Below, piece after piece: positions 30,105 through 38,627 of a stretch of 64,000 nucleotides of DNA. A program made the translations under genes and the position numbers. The stretch comes from Candidatus Sumerlaeales bacterium (GTDB lineage Bacteria > Sumerlaeota > Sumerlaeia > Sumerlaeales > Sumerlaeaceae), in NCBI GenBank assembly GCA_038243585.1, contig JBBSQY010000001.1:1-64000 (forward strand), in the 5' to 3' direction. The notes beneath the pieces are model-generated. The model had not been told where the DNA came from, ran no database searches, and saw only the letters and a program-made list of their open reading frames with translations. Positions within the stretch are counted from its first letter, which is position 1; each line of letters begins with the position of its first letter.

Positions 30105-31919
30105 TTAAAGGCGGCCGGCTGGCAGGAACGGATTATATTGGGCAGCCGGTGTTGATGGTGGCGCAAGGGGGGCAGGCTGAGCAGATGTGACAGGGGCAGC
30201 GCCTGCATCGAATTTTGTTGTCAACGCATCCGCCTTTTCCGCCCTGGAAGTAACTTCATCCTTTCCAGACGAAACTGGTGTTAAATCAGTCAAGTCGGCC
30301 GACAGCGCAAGCCCAGGGAGACGCTGCGGAGCAATAGCCGGAACTGCACCAGACGCTGTTTCCAGTGGATCGGCCTGCAACACTGGCAAGCCGGGCAACT
30401 GCTCTGGAAACTCTGCAGCGGGAGTGACGACCGGCACGGCTGACGCCATGTTTATCCCGCCGATTCCAGGTGAGTCTAATGACGCTCCAAGCGATCTTAG
30501 CATGGTCGAAAGCGTAAGCTCAAATTGCTCGCATTGTTGAGCATACTGCTTCATGGTGGGGCACCGTGAACGAACAGGAAGAGCGGTCAGTGTGCTGCCC
30601 AGCTGTTCCGCCTTGGTAGCATCTTTTGTGACCCAGATAATTTCGTAATTGTCATAGCTGTCTTTTTCGTAATCGCCGGTATACACGTTCGCTGATTCAG
30701 AAACATAAGTCCCGGTATAAACCCGGTGCGGAATCTTTTCAAGATATCCACGCAACAATCCTCCAGCTACCACTAGAAGACGATTCACCCTCGTCTCTAC
30801 CGCAAGAGTTCGCATTTCCAGGTCAATACCTGGTTGCAGATGCGCCTGGTATCGGTTCAATGGGGAGTCGACTGTTATCTTAAGATGGCGCTGTAGAAAA
30901 TCAAGCGCCTTTGAGTAACGTTCTTTCTTTATCATGTAGTCCAGTAGTGGCTGAGTAAGCTGAGCGTCGCCCTGATTTTTGTTAAACTGAAGGATAAGGT
31001 GACGCTCCTCCATATAGCCGGGACTAATATGTTGCATGGCGGCGAGAATGGCGGCTTCAGACAGGCCAGCCTCGGCCATTAGCTTATAGTTCCCGCTTAG
31101 AGATTGCAAAGTGCTCGAGTACACAGCTTTCACATCTGGAGGAGAATCGCTTTTCAAAGGCACCATGGATATCAGAATCTTGTATGCCTCCGCGACTTTT
31201 TTCTGCTCCATGAGGAACATTGCATACCGGACCGCCAGGTCCGCATCCGGATGGTTGGCGAGCCGCAGCTTATAAGCTTCATCGACGGTAGGACTATAGC
31301 GACCAAGACATTTTACCATAAGGGCAATAGCCTGATCCGACGGCACATATCCAAACGCACGGCGGGCGTGTTCTCCCGCTATCTTCGCATCGGATTTGTC
31401 CAGGCGTTGCTCCGCCGCCGCCAGATGAGCGCGCGCTGCCAAAGCCTTTCCAAAAGCGCTATTAGTTGTATCCCCGCTGCCAAGCTTAATCAATAGCTGG
31501 TCCAGTTCAGATGCCACACTTTCGGCTTTCACCAGTAGTTGTTTTTCCAACTGTAAAAGGTAAGTTGTCGTACTCGCCGAAAGCTTCTGTTTTATTTTTT
31601 TCTCCCATCCGGAAAAGACGACAGTGTGGGTCGGATAATGAATTTCACATTGATCACAGAACTGCTGCGCCTTTGTGACATCCGCGGAAAGCAGGGTCTC
31701 AAACTTTCGGGTCAGGTTTTCAGTCTGATTTGTTTTTTCAATTTTTCTAATCCGGGCACGTGGAAACGGCATGGTGCCGTGATCAGTTTCGACAACGACA
31801 TTTGTAGCCGATTCTGAAGTAATGCGGCCAAGCACCTCCTGCCCGTCAATAAGGATAAGACGATCAGCCCTCGCCGGCACAATCGTCAATAATACAAGCA
31901 GAAAAAACAGACATCGCAT
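30105..31919 (-). CDS. Large exported hypothetical protein (N-terminal beta domain, helical repeats, Pro-rich tail)
   Basis: Signal peptide from ATG 31919 (MRCLFFLLVLLTIVPARA|D); DRLILIDGQEVLGRI N-domain; TPR-like helices. Confidence 0.7.
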   Translation of the reverse strand: MRCLFFLLVLLTIVPARADRLILIDGQEVLGRITSESATNVVVETDHGTMPFPRARIRKIEKTNQTENLTRKFETLLSADVTKAQQFCDQCEIHYPTHTVVFSGWEKKIKQKLSASTTTYLLQLEKQLLVKAESVASELDQLLIKLGSGDTTNSAFGKALAARAHLAAAEQRLDKSDAKIAGEHARRAFGYVPSDQAIALMVKCLGRYSPTVDEAYKLRLANHPDADLAVRYAMFLMEQKKVAEAYKILISMVPLKSDSPPDVKAVYSSTLQSLSGNYKLMAEAGLSEAAILAAMQHISPGYMEERHLILQFNKNQGDAQLTQPLLDYMIKKERYSKALDFLQRHLKITVDSPLNRYQAHLQPGIDLEMRTLAVETRVNRLLVVAGGLLRGYLEKIPHRVYTGTYVSESANVYTGDYEKDSYDNYEIIWVTKDATKAEQLGSTLTALPVRSRCPTMKQYAQQCEQFELTLSTMLRSLGASLDSPGIGGINMASAVPVVTPAAEFPEQLPGLPVLQADPLETASGAVPAIAPQRLPGLALSADLTDLTPVSSGKDEVTSRAEKADALTTKFDAGAAPVTSAQPAPLAPPSTPAAQYNPFLPAGRL

Positions 31920-32233
31920 TTTAATAGCCTTGGTGGAGAACTTTTCGACATGTTGTTGGGCAACAGACACCTCGCGGTTAAGCTGGCCTTTCCGGTGTAG
32001 GATAGACGCGAGATAAGGGTCAAGCCTTATTATAATTATTATCAATGCTTAGCGCAACTCACAAATATTGGGTGGCAGCCGGACCTAAATTGTTTGAGTA
32101 TGGGACGGAGTTAATGGCATGCCGTACGGCAAAACCAAACCATAGCTTACAATCATTTGCAAACTTGGAAACACCACTACATGACAAATTTTTACTTGTA
32201 TTGTGAGGCAGCAATTCCAGGCATTTTACTACG

Positions 32234-33055
32234 TCAGAGCGACTCGGTAGCCTGATCCGTCGCTTCCTCATCTGTCGCTTCCTCACACGGCGCTTCCTCA
32301 TCCTTTGGCGCCGCCGGAAGGATCCTCTGCCATGCGGAACAGACTATTACAATATAGCCGATTAGCACAGGAATAGCAAAAAAAAGCGCGAAGAAAATGA
32401 TGCCCGTAAGGAATATGTAGCCATCGTCGTTGGGGCTGACAGTATCCTGGGTTAGTCCGCCCATCATGTTAAAAACGACCTTCTCCAGATTCAGGAAAAC
32501 CAACGCGGCAATCAGCAGAATTATCGGAAAAAACGCGCCAATTTCTGCCTTCCACGCCCGCATCTCCCCCAACCTTTTCATATACCAGATCAGCAGAGAC
32601 AACCGCCAGAGAGATACCACCGCCAGAAAAGCGAGGTTGATTTCATTGGCGGTGTCGAGACCCGGCTCCGGAAAGATCATTTGCACGGGTATGGCGTAGA
32701 GCAGGGCTGGCAGGCTGGTCATGGTTATAAAAACCAGTAACCGGAAGTAGGTCAGATTTTTAGGTCGCAAAGGCCACATGAAACAAAACAGGAAAAGAGC
32801 CAGGACAAAAACGTAGACCACGCTCCCGACGCCCATTTGCTGAAGCAGTTCCACCCGCGAGTTATCCCAGTAGCGACCAATGCCCACGATCCATGTGACG
32901 AGCAGACCCACGATAAGATCGCGGTAGTTCACGTTTCGCAATTCGTCTTTGGTGGCGCGATAGGTAAGCACCCGCAGCATCAGCCGGACCGAATCCATCA
33001 TGGAGAGGGATCCGGCACTTGTTTCCAATTCAACGACACTTTCATGTTTTCTCAT
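32234..33055 (-). CDS. Hypothetical polytopic membrane protein
   Basis: About 6 hydrophobic segments; GIGRYWDN; 4-nt overlap with the upstream radical SAM gene. Confidence 0.8.
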   Translation of the reverse strand: MRKHESVVELETSAGSLSMMDSVRLMLRVLTYRATKDELRNVNYRDLIVGLLVTWIVGIGRYWDNSRVELLQQMGVGSVVYVFVLALFLFCFMWPLRPKNLTYFRLLVFITMTSLPALLYAIPVQMIFPEPGLDTANEINLAFLAVVSLWRLSLLIWYMKRLGEMRAWKAEIGAFFPIILLIAALVFLNLEKVVFNMMGGLTQDTVSPNDDGYIFLTGIIFFALFFAIPVLIGYIVIVCSAWQRILPAAPKDEEAPCEEATDEEATDQATESL

Positions 33056-34413
33056 AAGGTCTCTCTGTTGATCGCCGTCGCCGATTCCGATTGCCCGCGC
33101 CGCCTTGCAATGGCGGTAAATAATTGCTTACGGTGGCGGGTGGCCTCGTCGCTGTAAAGCTCTTTCATCAGCCAGGCGAATCCCTGTTCCAGCTCCCGCG
33201 CCGACATTTTAGCGGGCTTGTACATCACATCAAACAGGGTACAGTAGTCCCACGCCGCCGGGCGCAGCAGGCGGCCATCCCGTTGGAGCCGGCGGTATAG
33301 TTCAGTTCCGGGAAACGGGGTCAACAAGGTGATTTGCACCTCGGAAAGACCGCTGGCCTTAACGTATTTCAGGGTGTCCTCAAATATGTCCGTGGTGTCA
33401 CCGTCGAGGCCAAGAGTGAAGCAGCCGTTAACGGAAATGCCGCGGCTCTGGATTCGTTCAATACTGTTCATATAGGCGTCGCGGCGGCGCAGCTTCCAGT
33501 CGCGGCTGTCCACGCCGCGCAGGGATTCGGGCGACGCGCTTTCCAACCCGATAAGCAATTGAGCGCATCCGGATTCGGCGAGCAAATCCAGTAGTTCTTC
33601 GTCGTCGGCGACGGAAATATCCGTCTCGGTAAACCACCGAATCGGATACTGCGCCAGCAGCCGCGCCAACTCCCGCGACCAGGATTTATTGACAAACGTG
33701 TTGTCGTCGGCCAGTTCAATAAAAGGGCGGGGCCATCGGGAAAGAATACTTTCCAGATCGCGTTGGACAAGTTCCATCGGCTTGACTTTATACCGGCTGA
33801 TGAGGCGACTGGCCCCGCAGAATTCGCAGTCGAGCGGGCAGCCGCGACTTGTTTGAATGGTGATGCGGTTATAGCGGGAAGGATCCAGCAGGTCATACCG
33901 GGGCAGAGGCGCATGAGCAAACTCGAACTGCCTGTCCGCCCTGTAACGGGGTTTCAGGCAACCCGCGGCGAAATCCGACAGCAACGTGACCCAGACAGGT
34001 TCGCCCTCCCCCACGACAATGGCGTCGGCGTGGGCCGCGGCTTCCGCCGGCATGGCCGTCACGTGGAGTCCCCCCAACACAACGCTTTTTCCCCCGGCGC
34101 GCAACATATCCGATAGAGCGTAGGCATCAAGAATCCGCGCGGTGAGGGCGGAGACAGCGATCAAGGCGAAACGGGAGCAAACGATAGCGTCAATGTCCGT
34201 ATCAGTCCAGGCGTCCAGCTCCTGGTATTCCACATCCCAGTCGTCCGGCGTAAGCCCCGCAAGGGTCAGCAGTCCCAGCGTCGGCAACTGCGCAATGGTA
34301 TTTCCGCGTTCGATAAAACCGGGCAGCGTCATTCCAAGCGCCAACAATTCTGGCTCACGAACGCGAACGCCGCTGAGGGCTAGGAAGAGGACGCTTTTAG
34401 GGTTTGAATACAC
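33052..34413 (-). CDS. B12-binding radical SAM protein
   Basis: LGLLTLAG and VLGGLH B12-domain motifs; TSRGCPLDCEFC; ADDN; IGLES; LTPFPGT. Confidence 0.95.
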   Translation of the reverse strand: MYSNPKSVLFLALSGVRVREPELLALGMTLPGFIERGNTIAQLPTLGLLTLAGLTPDDWDVEYQELDAWTDTDIDAIVCSRFALIAVSALTARILDAYALSDMLRAGGKSVVLGGLHVTAMPAEAAAHADAIVVGEGEPVWVTLLSDFAAGCLKPRYRADRQFEFAHAPLPRYDLLDPSRYNRITIQTSRGCPLDCEFCGASRLISRYKVKPMELVQRDLESILSRWPRPFIELADDNTFVNKSWSRELARLLAQYPIRWFTETDISVADDEELLDLLAESGCAQLLIGLESASPESLRGVDSRDWKLRRRDAYMNSIERIQSRGISVNGCFTLGLDGDTTDIFEDTLKYVKASGLSEVQITLLTPFPGTELYRRLQRDGRLLRPAAWDYCTLFDVMYKPAKMSARELEQGFAWLMKELYSDEATRHRKQLFTAIARRRGQSESATAINRETL

Positions 34414-34473
34414 CAGTTTATTATATGCGGCGCCGTTTGGTGTGCCTCAAGAGAAAACGGCGGTCATCTCACC

Positions 34474-34893
34474 TTAATAACGTTTCGTCCGACGCTCTCT
34501 TGGCTTACGCGTCCGGCTTGATCCGTCGTCCGCAACCTGCATTGCAGCTCTGCGCGGCGACACCGCCCTGGGCGGCGGACCGGGAATTACTGGCGCAAGT
34601 GACCCGCCAACAACGCCGCTGGCCATGCTGCCCGCAGCCGGTTTGCCGGATGACAGGCTTCCCGCCTGCGGCTTGCCAATCGTCAGACTCCCCGCTTGTG
34701 GCTTACCTGCTGATGCGCTGCCAGCCGCCGGTTTGCCCGAGCCCAGGCTACCCGCGGTAACCGGCGCAGCCAGGCTGCCCTTTTCCACGCGCGTCTTTGC
34801 AATATCAGCTTCCTGCGAAAATGCACTGCCGCCCAAAAGGACAAACGCCGCAGCTGCTGATGCCAAAATAGTTCTATTTTTTGTGAACCCCAT
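34474..34893 (-). CDS. Small secreted protein with 10-aa GKPxAGSxxx repeats and basic C-terminus
   Basis: AAAGGAGA Shine-Dalgarno before ATG 34893; signal peptide (GSAFS|Q); four full repeats. Confidence 0.7.
   Translation of the reverse strand: MGFTKNRTILASAAAAFVLLGGSAFSQEADIAKTRVEKGSLAAPVTAGSLGSGKPAAGSASAGKPQAGSLTIGKPQAGSLSSGKPAAGSMASGVVGGSLAPVIPGPPPRAVSPRRAAMQVADDGSSRTRKPRERRTKRY
34618..34737 (-). repeat. Four degenerate 30-bp coding repeats
   Basis: GKPAAGSASA / GKPQAGSLTI / GKPQAGSLSS / GKPAAGSMAS. Confidence 0.85.
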
Positions 34894-34993
34894 AGCGTCT
34901 CCTTTGAACAAAAAAACTTATTACATCTCGCCACTTAATTGGTTAAATAGGTTCAGATTAAAAGTCCATTCAACGAACTACACCTGAGCCAGA

Positions 34994-36097
34994 TCATCCT
35001 CCGCGCGGCGCTTTGCGGGCGCCCGATTGTATCCGCCGCTGCATTTGAACTTTTTTATCTTCGGCCGCCTGGACTTCTTTTCGCAGCTCCAGATAATGCT
35101 CCAGCCGCTCCTCGTCCAACCGATCTTCCGAAATCGCGAGTTTCACGGCACAATCCGGCTCATTCTCATGTCGACAGTCATTAAACCGGCACTGTGCCGC
35201 GAGCCCCACCACATCGTCAAACGCCTCTTGAAGCCCTTCCCGGTGATCCATAAGAGTGACCTCGCGCATCCCCGGCGTGTCAATGACCAGCGCTCCCCCG
35301 GCCAGGCGAATCAGTTCCCGATGGGTGGTCGTATGGCGACCCCGTTCGTCGTTTCGAATTTCGTTCACGCGCAGACGCTCTTCGCCCAGCCAATAATTGA
35401 TCAACGTGGATTTTCCCACGCCGCTTGATCCAAGCAGCGCCACCACCACCCCCGGCTTAAGATAGGAGTCCAGCTCAGCAAGTCCGTTTCCGGTAATCAC
35501 ACTGACGGAATGCACGGGCGTCGTTGCGTCCAGCGCCGTTGCTTCTTCCAGATAGCCGGCTTCCTCTTCTCCGGCCAGATCGGATTTCGTTAATACGATG
35601 ACCGGCTGCGCCCCGCTCTCACCGGCCAGCGCCAGGTATCGCTCGAGCCGCCGCGCGCTGAAGTCGCGATTAAGACTGGTGACGACAAAAATAATATCCA
35701 TGTTGGCGGCCACCACCTGCGCACGATTCGCGGTTCCTGCCATTTTGCGCCAGAAGGCAGACCGGCGAGGCAGAATCTCCTGCACCAGCCACGCGCAGCT
35801 CCCGGAATTTCCGGGGTTGCGCAAAGCAACCCAATCGCCCACTGCGGGCAAACCAGAACGCACCTGCTTTTGCTCCAGTCTCAGGCGCCCCGCCGCAGAA
35901 AAAGGCACAGAACCTGCCGCCGTCCAGGCGGTTCCGAGGTTCCCGTAAGACACGGCAATCAGTCCAGGTTCCAGCCCCTGCGCACGCAGATCGGCAAACT
36001 CTAATTCCCGCGCCGCAGACCAGCCACATTCGGCCATGTCGTGCTGTATGGGAGCGCTTTGTTTATTTTCAGGCGACGTCATCGGCAAATTCGACAT
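34994..36097 (-). CDS. rsgA: Ribosome small subunit-dependent GTPase A
   Basis: VGDWV, TKSD, GSSGVGKST, GRHTTT, DTPG, CRFNDCRHENEPDC. Confidence 0.96.
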   Translation of the reverse strand: MSNLPMTSPENKQSAPIQHDMAECGWSAARELEFADLRAQGLEPGLIAVSYGNLGTAWTAAGSVPFSAAGRLRLEQKQVRSGLPAVGDWVALRNPGNSGSCAWLVQEILPRRSAFWRKMAGTANRAQVVAANMDIIFVVTSLNRDFSARRLERYLALAGESGAQPVIVLTKSDLAGEEEAGYLEEATALDATTPVHSVSVITGNGLAELDSYLKPGVVVALLGSSGVGKSTLINYWLGEERLRVNEIRNDERGRHTTTHRELIRLAGGALVIDTPGMREVTLMDHREGLQEAFDDVVGLAAQCRFNDCRHENEPDCAVKLAISEDRLDEERLEHYLELRKEVQAAEDKKVQMQRRIQSGARKAPRGG

Positions 36098-36175
36098 CCG
36101 GTTATTTGTAAAACCTTCGACTGAAAAAAGCGCCGCGTAAGATAGAAAAACTCAGGGCCGACATTCCCACATCCA

Positions 36176-36201
36176 GGAGTGCGGTGACCTGTCACCGCCT
36201 T
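36176..36201. repeat. REP-like palindromic element
   Basis: GGAGT-GCGGTGAC-ct-GTCACCGC-CTT in the moxR-rsgA spacer; only one copy noticed in the window. Confidence 0.45.
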
Positions 36202-36257
36202 GGTTGTGCGCGAAGTGCACCCGTCATTGCCGGAATACCAGGATATGACCTGACCCA

Positions 36258-37208
36258 TCATAACGGCACCTCCACCTGGGCCATCACGTGGCGCAGCGCC
36301 CGGGTTTCCTGTTCATGACTGAATCCCGCGGATTCGAAGCCCTCTTTTACCATGATGCGATGCGCCAGCACCGGTATCACCATTTCTTTAATGTCGTCAG
36401 GAATGCAGTAGTCGCGCCCCTCCAGCCACGCCTTCCCCTGCGCCGCACCGCGCAGCGCCAGAGCCGCTCGCGTGCTTGCCCCCAGCACGATCTCCGCAGA
36501 TGTTCGCGTCGCCTGCACCACCCGCGCAAGATACGTCAGCAGGTCGTCGCTGACCAGCACGCCGTCGACCGCCTCCTGCCATTCTATCATCTGTTCGCCC
36601 GAAACCACCGGATCAAGGCGTTCGGCTGAAAACCCGGTTCTCTGCTCCCGCAACACAGTTATTTCATTTTCGAGGTCTGGATAACCAATATGTAGCCTCA
36701 TCATAAATCGATCCATCTGACTCTTCGGCAAAGGAAATGTCCCATGAAATTCGATCGGGTTTTGCGTGGCCAGCACCATAAACGGGCGCGGCAAATCGTA
36801 CGTCTGTTTTTCGATGCTCACCTGCGCGTTGTTCATGGCTTCCAGCAATGCGCTCTGGGTCTTCGGCGTGGTTCGATTAATCTCGTCCGCCACCACGATG
36901 TTTGCGAACAAAGGGCCGGGCTTGAAATCGAACTCCCGGCGCGCCTGGTCATACAGAGTTACTCCAAGAATATCGCTCGGCAGCATATCGCTCGTAAACT
37001 GGATGCGGCTAAAAGACAGGTTGAGAGATCTGGCCAGACACTGCGCCAGCGTTGTCTTACCCACGCCAGGCACATCCTCAAGCAATAGATGCCCCCGCGC
37101 CAGCACGCAGATCATTGCGTGGCGAACAATGTCTGTCTTGCCCTTGATAACCTTCTCAATATTCTGCTGCAGTTTCATGACTTCGGGGCGCGTCGGCGTA
37201 GTCGGCAT
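36258..37208 (-). CDS. MoxR family AAA+ ATPase
   Basis: LLEDVPGVGKT, RIQFT, DEINR, QSALLEAM, ATQNPIE, DRF. Confidence 0.96.
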   Translation of the reverse strand: MPTTPTRPEVMKLQQNIEKVIKGKTDIVRHAMICVLARGHLLLEDVPGVGKTTLAQCLARSLNLSFSRIQFTSDMLPSDILGVTLYDQARREFDFKPGPLFANIVVADEINRTTPKTQSALLEAMNNAQVSIEKQTYDLPRPFMVLATQNPIEFHGTFPLPKSQMDRFMMRLHIGYPDLENEITVLREQRTGFSAERLDPVVSGEQMIEWQEAVDGVLVSDDLLTYLARVVQATRTSAEIVLGASTRAALALRGAAQGKAWLEGRDYCIPDDIKEMVIPVLAHRIMVKEGFESAGFSHEQETRALRHVMAQVEVPL

Positions 37209-37325
37209 AAATTTCCTATAACCGGAATTTCAATTTAAGGCAGCGGGCTAAATGAATCATTTCAACACAATAGCTGTCGAATCGCAGAAGCAATATTCGT
37301 AGCTAATATGAGACTTGGGGTTTCG

Positions 37326-38069
37326 ATGAAAAAGTCAGTTCTGGTTTTGGCCGCAGTTGTAGGCCTCGCCTGCAGTAATGTACAGGGCCAAGGATTTTTG
37401 TCCTCCATAAAAGGCAAGCTCACCGGAGAAGAACAGCAGCAGCCGCCGCAGGCGCCGCCGCAACAGCAGGCTCAGGGCACTCCGGCGCCCGCAGAGGGCG
37501 GTAGAACGGTACAGGGCGAATCGGGAAACAATGTAAGAATTGTGCAGGGAACACCGCCCACACAGGCGCAGAAAACGCCAACTAAAAAAGAAATTCAGGA
37601 AGGCGCCGCCCGCCTGAAAACCCAGATGGCGCCGGAACGAATCCCTGGTAATCTTTTCGATCGCTATGAGGGGGTCTGGAATGGCGATTTTTGGGTTTAT
37701 AGCCCAACAGGTCAGCTGGAAGAGAGCAAGTCGGTAAAAATCGAGTACAAAAAAACCGGCAAAAACACCCTCTCCATGGAAACCTTTTACGCGGATCGCC
37801 TCGGCAAACAGTGGATAGTGGCTGAAACGGCGACTTATACGAACAACGGCGATTCCGTTGACGTTTCGATTCTCCGGCCCAGCAATGACACCGCCACACA
37901 GACCGGACGTTATAACGACGGCCAGTTGTTTCTGGTGGCCAACATCAAGGACGGCGTCGAGCATTATCGTGAACGCATCGACGGCCAGCGACTGCTGGTA
38001 GACGGCTTCGCCGTATACGGCGGCAGCGACAGTCATGTTTTCATCGGCCGATTTGTGCGCCAGCGGTAA
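37326..38069 (+). CDS. Secreted hypothetical protein (Gln/Pro linker plus beta-rich domain)
   Basis: Signal peptide from MKKSVLVL; YEGVWNG followed by alternating beta strands. Confidence 0.75.
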   Translation: MKKSVLVLAAVVGLACSNVQGQGFLSSIKGKLTGEEQQQPPQAPPQQQAQGTPAPAEGGRTVQGESGNNVRIVQGTPPTQAQKTPTKKEIQEGAARLKTQMAPERIPGNLFDRYEGVWNGDFWVYSPTGQLEESKSVKIEYKKTGKNTLSMETFYADRLGKQWIVAETATYTNNGDSVDVSILRPSNDTATQTGRYNDGQLFLVANIKDGVEHYRERIDGQRLLVDGFAVYGGSDSHVFIGRFVRQR

Positions 38070-38092
38070 GTTGTTTTAAGTACTATTTAGCA

Positions 38093-38551
38093 ATGCGCAA
38101 CTTCTGGAAATTGATAAGCGGCCGGATTGGAATAATCAGTTCCAGTCCGGCCCTTCCTTTTGCCAACCGCCTGGCTCGCGATCTTCACAGCAAAAGCCTT
38201 GGCCGCCTTGGCGAGGAAGCGTCCGTCCGTAAGCTTGTAGATGAAGGTTACCGAATCCTGGATAGGAACTACGCCTGCCGAAGCGGCGAGATCGATATCA
38301 TAGCAGAGCACGGCGGGCACATCTGCTTTGTCGAAGTAAAGACCCGATCCCCCCGGTCGTGGAACTCTCCGGAATCTGCCGTAACCCCTGAGAAACAGCT
38401 TAGGATCATCCGCGCCGCTAATTTCTACATGGCAGGATTTCGCAATTGCGCTCCTGCCCGCTTCGATATTGTCAGCGTTTTGACGGATGATAACGAGCAA
38501 ATAATGAGCGTTGAATTGAAGAAAAATGCGTTTGCGCCGGTTGCGGGATAG
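38093..38551 (+). CDS. YraN / UPF0102 family PD-(D/E)xK protein
   Basis: GRLGEE, GYRILDRNY, GEIDII, FVEVKTR, RFD, NAF. Confidence 0.93.
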   Translation: MRNFWKLISGRIGIISSSPALPFANRLARDLHSKSLGRLGEEASVRKLVDEGYRILDRNYACRSGEIDIIAEHGGHICFVEVKTRSPRSWNSPESAVTPEKQLRIIRAANFYMAGFRNCAPARFDIVSVLTDDNEQIMSVELKKNAFAPVAG

Positions 38552-38627
38552 GATTTAGGGCTTACTGGTTGATAAATCAGGCCCGCGCGACTCGGTGCCA
38601 CGGCATGAGCGTTACTAAACCAGCAAT

